A DNA stretch of 64,000 bases, from assembly GCA_009914755.4 (NCBI GenBank), contig CP068257.2, positions 39,648,001 through 39,712,000 of the forward strand, in the 5' to 3' direction. This DNA is from the human T2T-CHM13v2.0 reference genome, Homo sapiens. The notes under the pieces are model-generated. The model did not search any database and was not told where the DNA came from. It saw only the letters and a program-made list of their open reading frames with translations. This document shows, one piece after another, positions 26,546-42,359 of this stretch (its first letter is position 1; each line of letters starts with the position of its first letter). Both the position numbers and the translations under genes were made by a program.

Positions 26546-28099
26546 TCTGTTTCATCTTATATATGTTCTGTTTCTGTTTCTCTGGAGAACCCTAACTAAT
26601 GCATACAGTTAGTCATTATTAAACATTAAATAGTTTCAAGAAGCTTATCACGAGGTGTCTACTGCCTCACTTCTCCCCACCTCAAGGTCCTACTGTGTAG
26701 TGGTAGTTCCTCCTCCACCAAATCTTCTGTTTGCCTTGATGGTTGCTTGCATATTTCCAAATTGTATATTCATGCTCTGTTTGTTATCTGGTCAGCCAAT
26801 AGCCTTGATTCCATTGATTTAGTAATTGGCAATCTGAGCATTTTCTAAATTCCTACATAGATTGGGCCCATTGCCAGACTCTCCTGATCCCATCTATGTG
26901 TCTGTTTTTGCATCTGTGCCTGCAGTTTTTGTTACTATTGTTTATTAATGTGATCTTTAATGTGTAGCTGGCCAGTCTCCCCCAGTTAATCATCTTACGT
27001 GATATTATCACAAATGTGTTCATCTAGATATCCTTTAGAAATACTGAACAACTTTCTTTAAATTCTCCTTTTGAGATTTGTTTTGGAGTTTCACTAAATT
27101 TATAAATGAATTTAGAGAAAATTTACTTCTTCACAATACTGAGCCTTCTAATTCAAAAGAAAGGTATACTTCCATGTTTAAGTCATTATATGTCCCTCGG
27201 TAGAGTTTATTTTATGTAGCTCCATGCCTATTTCTTGATACCTTAATTCTCAAGGATGTGGGATGTCCTGTTGTCATGAATGGGGGGCCTCTTTACCTAT
27301 TAGGCACATACTAGCTGTGTGACCTTAGCAAATTACTTAACCTCTTTCTGCTTCAATTTCTCAGCTGCGATATGGGACGAGCAGTAGTACTACATCACAG
27401 TGTTGGTATACTAATTAGCTGAGCTAATTTTGTAAAGTACTTGGTATAGTGTTTGTCACAGACGCACTGCATGTGATGGTTAATTTAAAAAAAAATAGAT
27501 TAAAATTTGCAAATTCTTTTTCCAGTTTGTTGTATCTTTTGACTTTGCCTGTGTTTGGTTTTTTGTTTTGGCCTTTGAAAAAAAGTGCATACATATATAC
27601 ATTCAAATATGCTAAACATGTTTTAATAAGGATAATGGATTTGGGTCCACTGGAAAGGGCTTCCCAACTCCAAGTTTCTAAAGAAACCCTTTCCTGTTTT
27701 CTTTTAGAATATTTATGATTTGATTTTTAACACTTTAATCTGTTTGGAATGTATGCTCAGGCAAGATGTGAGGTATGATTTTACCCAGTTGTTGAATGGT
27801 TTGCCCTGTTGTTCCAACATTATTCTTTAAATAATTCATCCTTTCCATTGGTTTGACATGAAACTTTATCACACACTTAATCGTTGTGTGTGTTTGGGCT
27901 TCTTTTTTGACTTTATTTTTCCACTTACACTTCTCTTCCTCTTGTCTGTCCAAGCACTTGCCAGCACTAGGCTGTATTATAGTTTAAAAATTAATACTAG
28001 CCATCATGGCTGCTTCATTCACATTACCCTTCTATTTCAAAATTTCCATGGATATTTTTATTTTTTCATATGAGCATTTAAATCAGCTGTTATACACTC

Positions 28100-29740
28100 C
28101 CCTAACAAATATTTATTGTAATTTTATTGGGATCACATACGTTTATAATTTAACTTAGGGAGACTTGACACCTTTCTGATGTTGAATTATCCTGTCTAAG
28201 AAGGGGAAGTGTGTTTCCATTTGTTAGTTTTTCCCTTTTTGTTCCTTAAGAGCATTTTAAAGTTTCCTTGATTGCTATCTTGCCAATTTCTTATTAAATG
28301 TATTTGTAGGTATTGATCTTTTTGGTTGTTAATGCAAATGAGGCCTTTTCTTCCACTAAATCTCCTAACTGGTTGTTGTTTGTGAATACGAAAACTGGTG
28401 ATTTCTATGTATTAATTCTTACTGTGTTTCATAGTAAATTATTTTGTTTGAGATTTTTCAGGTATTTTGGAGTGTCCAGGTATACAATTGTATCATATGC
28501 AAATACCCATAGTATTTCTTCATTCTTTCTAATTTTAGACCTCTGTTTTCTTTCTCCTATCTAATTACATTGTCCGGTACCTGTAGCATAGTGTTTAATA
28601 GTAATGGGCATTTTAAAAATTTTGTTCCTAGCTTTTTAAACTGGTACTAGTGGCTGAGAGATATATAACTTATTATGTTGAGGAAATAGCCATTTATTTC
28701 TATTTGATTGAGAATTTTATTAAAAGTTTTACAATTTTATTAGATGTCTTTCATCATCTATGGAAGACATCTGATTTATTGAATAGATTTAAGAACATGT
28801 TGAATTATATTACTAGACATCCTAATATTGAATCATGTGCATTTCTAGAATAACTTCTGTTTGGTCATGATATCTTTTAATGTGCTTAAGATTATGCTTT
28901 ATTTAGCATTTTTCTAACTGTAATTGCAAATTTAGTTGGTCTGTAGTTTTCTTTTTCTGTCAGTGTTGTATGTCAAGTGTCACTGTTTGCTTCATAGAAA
29001 TAATTTGGATGTTTTTCCTTTTTTCTAGGCTCTAGATATGGCATTATGTACTCTTTAAAAATGTGGTAGAATTCCCTTCAGACACTCTCTGGTCCTGGTG
29101 TTATTTTGAGAGGCAGTGCCTTGATGAGTTTCTCTGTCTTCTACGGAAATAATCTGTTCAGATTTTTTATCTCTACTGTATCAGTTTTGATAAATTATAT
29201 TTTCTTATAAAATTATTCATCTAAGTTTCCAAATTAAGCAGAACAGTGTTATGATTTTTTAAATTTCTCCTGCTTTTATAGTTGTTTTCCCTGATTTCCT
29301 ATATTGTATGTTTTTATGCACACACACACTCTCTCTCTCTCTCAAATTCTTAGCTCATGACTTATCTATTTTATTAAGAATTTTTTTCCTAAAGGTTTAA
29401 TTCATTAGTTCTACTATTTAATGCTCTTATTACTTTGTTTTTGTTTTTATTACTTTTGCCTTGTTTAGTTTTGATTGATAATTCACTTGTTTTCATTCTG
29501 TTACACTGGCATAAGCATTTATGGCAATAAATATTCCTCTACGCACTGATGTAATTGTTTTTCAAATATTCTGATATGTCTTTATTTTCTAAAAAGTCTA
29601 CATTTCTTCTGTTTATTTTCTCTTTCACCAAAGAGGAGTTTAAGAGACATTTTTGAAATTTTTTAGTGGAAGGTGCTTTTTGTTTTCTGGTAATTTCCAC
29701 TCGAGTTGCCCTGTGATTATAAGTGTGGTCTATAACAGTG
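28100..29740 (-). mobile_element. Ancient L1 ORF2-region fragment (antisense)
   Basis: Long AT-rich stretches are similar to the L1 ORF2 reverse complement (e.g. …tttgttcctagctttttaaactgg…tgtcagtgttgtatgtcaagtgtcactgtttgcttcatagaaataatttggatg…). It contains (CA)n(CT)n at 29321-29345. Confidence 0.4.
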
Positions 29741-29744
29741 GTCT

Positions 29745-30110
29745 CCAACCTTTTTGGCACCGGGGACCGGTTTAGTGGAAGACAGTTTTTCCACGGGTGG
29801 GAGGTGGGGGATAGTTTTGAGAAGAAACTGTTCCACCTCCGATCATCAGGCATTAGTTAAGATACTCATAAGGAGCCTGTAATCTAGATCCCTCGCCTGC
29901 GCGGTTCACAACAGGATTGCTCTCCTATGAGAATCTAATGCCGCCTCCGCTGATCTGGCAGGAGGCGGAGCTCAGGCGGTAATGTTCCCTCGCTCACCTC
30001 CTGCTGTTAGGAACTAGGCTGCTCACCTCCTTCTGTGCAGCCTGGTTCCTAATAGACCACAGACCGGTACCAGTCCACGGCCCGGGGTTGGGGAAACAGG
30101 TCCAGGATGT
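29745..30110. mobile_element. Internally palindromic interspersed repeat (a common family; name not recalled) inserted into the L1
   Basis: The sequence tggtctccaacctttttggcaccggggaccggtttagtggaagacagtttttccacgggtgggaggtggggg…ccacagaccggtaccagtccacggcccggggttgggg has ends that are inverted copies of each other. This is typical of a high-copy human repeat. Confidence 0.4.
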
Positions 30111-31100
30111 GGAACTTGAGATTTTCTTTATGGCTCAGCACAGACCAGTTTGCATGTTCTATGGGTGCTTGAAAAGAAGGTGCATTCTTTCCTTCGTGGT
30201 AGATAATTTGAACTATATCCATTGATGCTATTCTATTATGCTGTGTAGCTTTGCCATATCTTTACTCTTTAATGTGATCTGTCCTGGACTGAGAGAACTG
30301 ACGCCTACTACCAATGTGTTTTTATCTGTTTCTGTTGCACTCAGCTAATCTCTGTGTTATAAACATTGCTGCTGTATTGCTTTGTCCGTACGTATTATGT
30401 GTTATAGACCTAGGAATCTCTCCTTTAAAAAATAAGGCAAAGTGCTTCGCTTTGAAACATTTAATGCCTTTGGTGTGAATTACTCCTTGACTGGAATGAA
30501 GTCTCCAGACCTCGCTCTGTGGTTGTTTGCAGTGGCATCCTAGGAAGTACCCATCCCTTTATTTCTTTTCCTATTAATTCCCTCTTTCACCATGGAATGA
30601 TGGACCAGCTATTCACAGGAGGCTCCACAAGCGCAGAGGGTGTGGGCGGCCTTCCAGTTTCCACCCAACCTTCCAGGCGTGTCTTCCAATAGTCCCCGTG
30701 TCTCTGCGGCCAGGGAGACAGTCTGTCTTCTGGGAACCCGGAGCATGTGCGTGTACGGTTGCAGAGCCTAACTCTTCTGACTCAGTGTCCATGAACCCCA
30801 CTGCCCTGCAGCCCCGCTTGCCTGCTTTTCCATTCCCACTGTGAGAAGGAGGGATACGGCTTTGACGTTTCGTGCTGAGCTCCTCACTAGGGAATGTTTT
30901 TGGTGCCTTCTGAGGCTGGGCGCTGCCGAACCCTCTGACCACTAGCACCCCCGTCTCCTCGTCCCCTCGTCCCCTCCCCACGCTCTCCGCCCCGCCCCAG
31001 GGTTGCAGCTCCTGCACATTCTTTGCCCTCTGCGCCTCCCTCTGCCCCCGAGTTTCACTGGAAATGCAGCCTTTGGGGATCTGTGGTTCGTTTTGTTTTG
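30110..31100 (-). mobile_element. Probable continuation of the ancient L1 (5'UTR/ORF1 side, antisense); moderately GC/CpG-rich
   Basis: It is contiguous with the antisense L1 ORF2 fragment on the other side of the nested insertion. The GC-rich segment 30600-31080 produced the spurious 134-aa ORF. The assignment is weak. Confidence 0.25.
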
Positions 31101-32449
31101 TTTCATTTTTCTTGTTGTTCTTCTGGGATTTCCAGGAGAAGGGAGCAGTTGCTAACTTATATGTGATGTTTACACTGGAAGTTTTTATTGGATATATTTT
31201 GCCCTTCAGTACTCATTGTATGTTTTTTGTATCATTTTAAGGTTTTTTTCTACAGGAATGTTTTAGTTTGGTTATTTAAATGTTTTTAACTTTTTATTGA
31301 AACTTGGATAATGATTTATTACAGAAATGCTCGCAGCTGTGTTATTCAAGGTGGAAAAAAATTGAGGTGATCTAAGTGTCCAACAGTAAAGAAATCGAGT
31401 AATTGTTACACACCCATAGGGTGGATTATTCAGTAGCCATTAAAAATAGACTTTAACCATTTTAAGGTCAGGAAATAATATTATTATTAAAAGAAAAAAT
31501 ATAAACTGTCTATGCAGTGTGATGCACAATTTTGAATGCACACTTCCCACACACACACACACACAGAGAAAAGAAAAAAGACCAAAGACCAGAAATAAAT
31601 GTACCAACAAGTCAAAGAAGTGAGGTTAACAAAATTACAAGTAATCTAAAATATTCTTGGAAAAAGTCTGTATTTCCTAAAAATATATCATTTTTCCAAT
31701 CAAAATATAAATCAGCCTATTATCATCTTCCTGGCCCCACATTTGATCTCGTTCCTGTTCCACTCCCTGTCTTGGTGGATGGTGCCCCGGCCCCCATAGC
31801 CTGGGATGGAAGCCTGAGTCATTCCTGCCTCCTCCGTTCCCTTCACTCCCCATACCTGACTGGTCATGAATCCTTTTGGTTCTGCCCCCTAAACAGCTCC
31901 AATCTTTGCACCTTCACTGGGATTGTTCTAATGATCTGTCTTCTGATCTTGAGTTAGTTATTTTCTTATTTATCTCCCAGCCTTTATCCTCTCCCACCTT
32001 GATACCACTTCTCCATGGATTGTGCCAGTACCAGCCTAAACACTTCCCATGGCTCCCTGCAGCCTACAGGAGAAAATGCAAATTCAACCAGTCAAGGCCA
32101 GCCCCAGTCTGACTCGAATCTACCTCTCCCGCCACACACCTGCTGCACTCCAGTCTCTAGGGACTCTGAATTCTAGCATTGAACCTAGAGTCAAGAATGA
32201 CCATCAAATTCTGTCAGCACTGGCCACACAACAGACTCTGAGCAACCAGCACAAATCCTGGCCATGCCAGCTGCCATGGGCGGCCAAATCTTCCCTGCCT
32301 AGAACTTAATAGATGCTCAACAGACATGGCTTGAACACATGAGGAATGGAGGGAGGTGATTCAGTCTGATGCCCCTTTTCAGACAGAACGAGTGTTAAGC
32401 CATGCTAGGAAAATGATGATGTCTCAACTTAGAGTTGTTAAAGAGTAGA

Positions 32450-33570
32450 AACCCCAGATTCCGCATGGCTGATACACAGCAGGCGAGCCCTAAAATTGGG
32501 GCTTAGCCCAGGAGGGTTCTTGGCTTCGCCCAGCAAAGAACTCAAGGGTGAGCTGATGGTGTTAGGCAGCAGCTTTTATTGAAGTGGCTGTGTGCACAGC
32601 AGCAGCAGAGGTACTGCTGTTTGCAGAGCAGGGCTACCCTGTAGGCAGTGTGCCTAGAGTAGCAGCCCAGAGGCAGTTCTGTGGTCACGTTTATACCCAC
32701 TTTTAATTATATGCAAATTAAAATGTGGATTATGCAAAAATTTCTAAAAATAGTGTGGTAACTTCCTGGTCATTGGGTCATGGCCATGGAAAGGGGCGGC
32801 AACATTCAGGTGTTTCCCTGGCAATGGTAAACTGACATGGCACTGGTGGGCAGGTCTTACGGAGAGAGGCTTTTGCCTCTTTCCTGTTTCAGCTAGTCCT
32901 TAATCTAGTCCTTCATCTTGGTTTGGTGTCCAAGCTCTACAGAGTCAAGTCCCACCTCCTACTGAGAGATGAAGCCAGCTGGGCTTCTGGGTCATGTAGG
33001 GAACTTGGAGAAGGGAACTTGGAGAACTTTTCTGTCTAGCTAAAGGATTGTAAATGCACCAATCAGCGCTCTGTGTCTAGCTAATCAGTATTCCGTAAAA
33101 ACGGACCAATCAGTACTCTGTAAAATGGACCAATCAGTTCGCTGTAAAATGGACCAATCAGCTCGCTGTAAAATGGACCAATTTGCAGGATGTGGGTGGG
33201 GCCAAATAAGGGAATGAAAGCCTGCCACCCCAGCCAGCAGCGGCAACCAGCTGGGGTCCTCTTCCAGTCTGTGGAAGTTTTGTTGTTTCACTCTTTGCAA
33301 TAAATCTTGCTGCTGCTCACTCTTTGGGTCTGCACCACCTTTATGAGGTGTAACACTCACAGTGAAGGTCTGCAGCTACACTCCTGAAGCCAGCGAGACC
33401 ACGAACCCACAGGAAGGAAGAAACTCCAGACATATCTGAACATCTGAAGGAACAAACTCCGGACACACCATCTTTAAGAACTGTAACACTCACTGCGAGG
33501 GTCACAGATTCATTCTTGAAGTTAGCAAGACCAAGAACCCACAGGAAGGAACCAATTCCGGACACACTAC
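32450..33570 (+). mobile_element. LTR12-family (HERV9) solo LTR; the 5' boundary is uncertain
   Basis: The 3' two-thirds matches the LTR12 consensus closely. Five tandem ~24-bp CCAAT-box units (ggaccaatcagctcgctgtaaaatg) sit at ~33060-33195. The sequence then runs gcaggatgtgggtggggccaaataagggaatgaaagcctgcc…ctcactctttgggtc…tgtaacactcac…gaccacgaacccac…ccggacaca. Confidence 0.7.
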
Positions 33571-34896
33571 TTCACAGCAACCATTGCAATACCACTTAAT
33601 GTTTTGATTGAGCAGTGTCAGGTCAGGGCATGCTCCTGTGTTATCTCCATACTTGTCCTTGCACTTTTGCTTTTCCCTTTAATCCTTTCAGCAACCTCAC
33701 TGGGTAGCTAGAACAGACAGTATCATGTGTTATAGAAAACAGAGGCTCTATCGCTCAGTGCTTTGCTGGGTGCCTTTCCAGTCAGGATGTCCAAATTGGT
33801 CAACTGACTTGTACGAATCTTATTACTTATTAAATCCTTGGGAATTTCAGAGGCATATACTTATTTCAGTTGTAAGATTATTTCTTTATTCTGTATTCAC
33901 CAACCTTGTGCACTGTCGCTTCATTTCCTTGGCCCATGTTTTATATGATTCAAGTTTGAGTTACCATCTTCCTTCTGTGAACTTTTATGCATTAAGGGCA
34001 TCCCTTCTTTCATTGGTCAGCTGACCTGTGTGTAGGTAAGGAGGAAACATTCAAATAGAAATTTGCATCCTTGGCCCTGAACACTAAACTACCCGCTGAA
34101 ACAAGAGCCACATTCTCTCCTATGAATCACTAAATCAATGCCTTGTTTATGGATTTCATTTTCATTCACTCAAAACTTAGGGCATCAATAAACGGAGGAA
34201 AAAGACGATAAAATACTGAAATGAGTGAAAGTCAGGAAACTTAAATCGCAGTCTTGTTGACGTAGGAGGGAGAGAAGGGGCTAGAACAATGGTCTACAAC
34301 TTCTCTCTTTGTTCTTGCTCATGGGCACTTTCCTCTATTGGCCCTGAACTCTCTCTTGCCTTCAAGTCTCACTAGATTTTCCTTGCACAGAATTATCTAG
34401 GTCAGGGCTTCTCAGAGTTGAATGTGTATGTGAGTCACATGGGGATTTTCTTAAAATGCATATTCTGATTCTGTAGGTCTGGGGTGGGCCTTCCTGACGA
34501 GTTCTGGGGCAATGCTGCTGGTCCATGGCTACCCTTACCAAGATCTAGGTTACAATTCCTCCCCTAGCCCCACCTTCACTAAACTCTCTCCCTGGTTACT
34601 GCCGCTCATCCTTCAGGCCCCAGCCAGGCCTCACCTCCCCCTGGAAGCCCTCCTGGTCCTCCTGAGGTGGGATAAAAATCCCCACCCTAATGATATTGAT
34701 TAGTTTGGCCTATATCTGAACCTGCCGTTGAACACTGTTCCACCAGGGTCCTGCACCATGCCTGGCTCCTGAAAGATACTCAGTGACTCTTCCAAATCCA
34801 AATCGAATGAATGAATGATTGCCTGTATGTTTTGCTCTGTGCTTTCTACAGTCTCATTAAAACATTTTCAGTCCCCATACAGTAAAAATGTGAAAT

Positions 34897-34922
34897 GTGC
34901 TTGTGTGTGTGTGTGTGTTTGG
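34897..34922. repeat. (GT)n microsatellite
   Basis: The run reads tgtgtgtgtgtgtgtgtgtgtttg. Confidence 0.9.
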
Positions 34923-37699
34923 GCATGCATGTGTGTGAAGATCCATTTCTATACCATGCACTCAGCAAAGACACACTGATTTCATTCTTGCAGAGCTGCT
35001 GCTATCCTCCCCATCAATCCTCCTGTGCCTTCCAGCCCCTCCCCTGCACTCCCACTCTCCACCCTTCCACCTGCACTTAGCAGGAAAGAGCTCCAGGAGG
35101 AGGAAGAGCATGTCTCCATTTGTCCCCTCCCCCTGTGCACAGGTGGCCTCAGGTGACTCCTCTCCTGATTCCTAACATGTGCAGCCTTCCTTCAGTTATC
35201 AGAAGGCATTTGTTTCTCTCATTTTCTGAAACCAGCTCCAGTGGTGAGTCCCAGGCTTGCTCTTCCTAAGGCTTCTGTGGAGCAGCCATCTACCAGATAC
35301 AGGAGGGGGCCACTCTGACAATTCCTTCCCTGTAAGATGGGAATACTAACACCCACCTTACCAAGATAGCCCAGGTGTGCATGGCTCAGATAATAGTTTT
35401 GCTTACCTTCCTGTCCCAGCATGTAGCACATTGCCTGGCAGATATCAGGTACTCAACAAATATTCTTTCACTGAATATATCGTTGAAGGAAGAAATGAAA
35501 GCATTTGGTAAGCTGAACTCTTAGAAGAAATCAGAGGTATTAATACAGACAGTTTTAATGTCTTTGAAAGAGAAGAGAATGAATCCAATCAATAGAACTG
35601 CCTCCCAGGTGTAGGAAAATTGAGGTATTCCTCTTGGTTCTTTACTAGGGAAACCACAAGTAGCTTTGTAAAAATGCAGTGACTCAAGTTGTCAGAGGGA
35701 GAGGAAGAAGGAAGAGGTGGTTCCTCCCATCGTCATTAAAATAAACCTGGTTCTTTACCTATTTGCTCACTCGTTTATTCTGTTAGTCCCCAAATATTTG
35801 TGGGGTGCCAGTGTACTCCAAACCCTGTCCTCGGCCCTGGGGATTCAGTTGGGAAGCAAAGGCCCTGTCCTCATGGAACATGAGTCTAGCAGAGAAGGGG
35901 GGTCACACTCCAGGTAATAAACAGGTTAACAAGTGAATGTCTAAAATAATGCCAGGTGCCATAGGTGCTATGGAGGAGGGAAAAAAGGCAGAGAAAGAGG
36001 AGAGTGATGGGAGGGGGGGTGCTAATTTAGAGAAATACCCCCATGGCCAACATCCCATCCCATCCCACCCATTATTATGGTCCCTTTCCACAGCGTCCCT
36101 CACAGCCTGCTCTTTTGTGACTTTTCCCATCTTGGAGGCTAACCTTGGTAGTGACAGCCCAGCAGCCATCATCTGCACAAACATTTGGGGGAGGTTGGAG
36201 GAAACTCCAGGAACTGGCCTTTCAAAAGCCAGAGTAGCATGCCAACAGGCAGGCCTGCCCTCTGCCCCACCAGCCCTGCGGTGGGTGTGGTGACAGGCTG
36301 TGCCCTGCAGGCTGGGACTCGCTTCTGGGTCCCCTTCTCACTCACGCTTCTGTGGCAGCCCTTGCCCCACCAAGAGGCAACCCTTGTTCATATACCAGGA
36401 AGCAAGGGTCTGGCAGGAATGCCATTTGGGAGGTGTCTAGAAGGGCAAAGTACTTGAGAAGTGCATTTTCTCAGTAACAGCAGCCAGCTCACTCACCCCA
36501 CTCCCTGATTAGGACATCATTAAGGTTTCCTTTCATTCTGCCCTCCTTACCTCCACCCATTCTACCCAACAAGGCCCACCTCGGGAACACCTTCATCTTC
36601 TCACCTGCCTGCCCTGCCAGTCACTTGGCCTGAGCAAGCTCTGCTTCTGTGAGCCAAACCACCATCTCCATCTTCCTGTCAGGAGATTGAAGTGACCTTT
36701 CCAGGGTCCTTTTCACCTTGACATTCTATGACTCTGGTCTCATATTTTTTAAGATTCAGATGGTCAATTGCTCTTTTAATAAACTAACCCTGTAAATAAG
36801 TATTTCCAGGAAGAAAAAAATGCCTGTGACCTGGCAGTCCTTCTCAAGCTTTGCACACACATCACAGGGGATCTTGATAAAATGAGGATTCCAAAGTGGG
36901 GGGGCATTCTTCTGTTCTAACAACCTCCCCAGTGGTGCTGGTCTGGGGACTATACCTTGAGTTTCAGGAGTCAGTATAGCCTCTTTCCTCCATCCTTTAT
37001 TGTTAAACTCAGTGGTTCTCAACCAGGGCAATTTTCCCTCCTAGGGAGACACTGTCAGTGGTCACAGCTGGGGCATTGCCCCTGACCATCTAGTGAACAG
37101 AGATCAGGGATCTGCTCAACCTCCTACCATGCACAGGAGAGACCCCCCACAGCAAAGACTCATCCAGCCCAAAATAGTGCTCAGGCTGAGGAACCCTACA
37201 TACTAACTCAGCAGGTCTAATTCTGTCTATACATTAGAGTCCCTAGAGTTCTTTTAAAAATATATAAATTCCCAGGGCCCCTCCTGGACAATGATGTTAG
37301 AATCTCTGGGGGTGGCACCTTTGTTCTGTATTCTTTAGATGTTCCCTATGATTCCAATGTGCAAACCCAGCTGAGACCCAACGGCCTCAACCAACATTGA
37401 CTCCAATGGAGGAAACTGTGGGCTGTATAACAGGGTTGGTGTGTGGGAACTTTGTATGTCCCATACAACTGCAGAGCATGCATTCTGTTAACAGCAGCTG
37501 CCATGGTGTGGAGCAGCCTGAGGACAAACAGCTGAGTGGTCTGCTCAGTCAGGACCTGGGGAATCTGAGGCCTTTCCCAAGTGTGCTTGGTGGTTCTGAC
37601 TGGGCCCTGATGCAAAGGACAGGGCCAAGGCCCTCATGTGTCCCCCTTTCCAAGAGACCCACTCTACCCTAAGTTTATCACTATTGGCTTCAGGTAGCA

Positions 37700-38480
37700 T
37701 GGAGACTACAGGACATTTTTTTCATTTTATCTTTATTAAAACTATGAAGGTGGACAGTTAATCATCATCTTAATCATCTGATCATACAGGTGAGAAAAAT
37801 CAGAGTCAGAAAAAATAGGTGAACTAGCCAGAAAAGTAGCAAAGCTGACATCAGAACCAGAATTTACAAATTCAAAGCAAATAGGCCACAGCCATTGTAG
37901 AAAACAGTATAGAAGTGTCTCAAAACTTGACAAGTAGAACTACCATATGATTTCTGGCAATCCCACTACTGGATATACATCCACAGGAAAAGAAACCAGT
38001 ATGCTAAAGAGCTGCGCTCCCATGTCCACTGCAGCACAGTCACAGTAGCCAAGATTTGGAATCAACCTAAGTGTTCATCGACAGACGAATGGATAAGAAA
38101 ATGTAGTATATATACACAATGGAATACTAGTCAGCCTTATCAAAAGGAAATCCTGAACCTAGAGGTCATTATGGCAAGTGAAATAAGCCAGGTACAGAAG
38201 GACACGCTCCACCTGATCTCACTGATATGTGGAATCTAAAAATCTTAAACTCATGGAAGCAGAGAGCAGAACAGTGCTTACTAGAGGCTGGGCATAGAGT
38301 TGGGGAGATGTTGGTCAATGGATACAAAATTTCAGTTAGGAGGATGAAAATAATAAGTATGTGAGGTCACACATATGATAATTAGCTCAATTTAGCCATT
38401 TCACAATGTATGCATGTTTCAAAACATTGTGTTGTATACCACAAACATACAATTTTTATTCATCAATAATACCTTAACTA
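37700..38480 (+). mobile_element. L1 3'-end fragment (L1MA/L1PB-like), sense; the oldest member of a nested L1 cluster
   Basis: The ORF2 C-terminal DNA reads …ccattgtagaaaacagtatagaagtgtctcaaaac…ccagcaatcccactactggatatacatccacaggaa…ccaagatttggaatcaacctaagtgttcatcgacagacgaatggataag…. Confidence 0.55.
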
Positions 38481-39483
38481 AAGAGCTGCTGCACAGCAAA
38501 ATAAACTATCAACAATAAACAGAGAACCTACAGAATGGGATAAAAAAACTCACAAACTGCATTTGACAAAGGTCTAATATTCAAAATCTATAAAAACTTA
38601 AATAATTGAACAAGCAAAAAACAAACAATTCCATCAAAAAATGGGCAAAAGACATGAACAGACACCTCTCTAAAGAAAACATACAAGTGGCCAACAAACA
38701 TATGAAAAGTGCTCCATATCACTAATAATAAAAAATGCAAATCAAAACCACAGTGAGGTACCATCTCACACCAGTCAGAATGGCTATTATTAAAAAGTAA
38801 AAAATCAAAACAAAACAATAGATGCTCTCTTGGCTGCAGAGAAAAGGGAATGCTTATACACTGTTGGTAGGAATTTAAATTAGCTTAGACATTGTAGAAA
38901 GCAGTTTGGAGATTTCTCTAAAACTTAAAACAGAGCTACCATTCAACCCAGCAATCTCACTACTGTGTATATATGCAAAAGAGAACAAATCCTTCTACCA
39001 AAAAGACATATGTATTCGCATGTTCATTGCAGCCCTATTCACAATAGCAAAAACATAGAATTGACGTATGTGCCCATCACTGTTGGATTGGATAAAGAAA
39101 ATGTTGTACATCTAGACCATGGAATACTACATAGCCATAAAAAAGAATGAAATAATGTCCTTTGTAGCAACATGGATGCAGCTGGAGGCCATTATCCTAA
39201 GCAAATTAATGCAGGAACAGAAACCAAATATTGCATATTCTCTCATGTGTAGGAGCAAAACACTGGGTACTCATGGACATAAAGATGGTAACAACAGACC
39301 CAGGGGACTACTAGAGTGGGGAGGGAAGGCAGGGGGAAACGGTTAAAAAACGAATTGTTTGGTACTATGCTCAGTACCTGAGTGGTGGAATCATTCATAC
39401 CTCAAGCCTCAGCATCACACAATATACCTATGTAACAAGCTTGCACATGTACCAGCTGATCCTAAAGTAAAGGTTGAAAAAAA
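38480..39483 (+). mobile_element. L1 3'-end (L1PA/L1PB-like, ~1 kb), sense, ending in a poly(A) tail
   Basis: The + strand encodes ORF2 C-terminal motifs ([10 protein letters not shown]…, …[19 protein letters not shown]). The 3'UTR …ggggagggaaggcaggggg…cctatgtaacaagcttgcacatgtacc…aaaggttgaaaaaaaaac follows. Confidence 0.7.
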
Positions 39484-39489
39484 AACTTG

Positions 39490-41580
<2,091 letters not shown>

Positions 41581-41685
41581 ACTTGAAATCTTCTTTTGTT
41601 TCCTCTTTAGAAAGATGGCAGACATTTTTATTGAGTGGATTTTAGAAATTTTCTTGTCCTCTTTTAAAAAAGTGTGCGTGTGTGT

Positions 41686-41712
41686 GTATGTGTGTGAGCA
41701 CTCTACTGCTCC
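41686..41712. repeat. (GT)n-like microsatellite (imperfect)
   Basis: The run reads gtgtgcgtgtgtgtgtatgtgtgtg. Confidence 0.8.
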
Positions 41713-42359
41713 TTGCTTGGCTTCAGAAAGAAAAAGGAAGCTTTTGGCTCCCTTCTAAAAGGGGTATTTCCATTGAAAGAACAAAATAAGCCAAGTTCAT
41801 TGGCACAATTGTTGTAAGGTGATGCAACCAAAGAGTTTTGGATTTGCATTACTAATTGGGTATGCGGTATTGTGTTCTGCAAACAAGATGGAGAACAAAC
41901 TATGAGAAGGGAACAAGTTTAGTGTTTTTATTTCTCTCAGAAAACTGCTTTTCTCCAGCCAAATCCTGTGCTGATTAAATACCCATATAATTTACCTGTC
42001 AATGTTGATGGCCAGGATGATTGGAGGTTTGGCTTCAACCACTCTTTTGGATTCTTGTGATCTAAACTCCAATTACAATTATTGGTTGGAGCCAAGAGCA
42101 TTGTTATATGTGACAAATGTTCAAAAAATGTTAGCTTATTATTACTCACAGTTGAGTACAGTTTGAGGTCCTTGAAGATCAGATCTTCAAAAACAGAACA
42201 TTGATATATAACACATAGGTATGGAAGCATCCACTCGAGTAGCCATTGCAGCAAGTCATTTCACTTGAGATTCTGTTCCCTCACTTCGAAACAAGGGCTT
42301 GAGGAGCAGACAGCATATAGGGGCTCCTTCCAGCACGTGAAAGTTATGTTGTTCTAGAT

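Noticed and set aside
33060-33200. Periodic WSILQRTDWSILQ… peptide in the minus-strand ORF 33085..33360
   Set aside because: It is simply the translation of the LTR12 tandem CCAAT-box repeats, not a coding repeat protein.
34500-36500. GC-rich stretch with several 60-120-aa ORFs and G-runs
   Set aside because: I found no recognisable exon structure, CpG island or repeat family. It was left unannotated rather than guessed.
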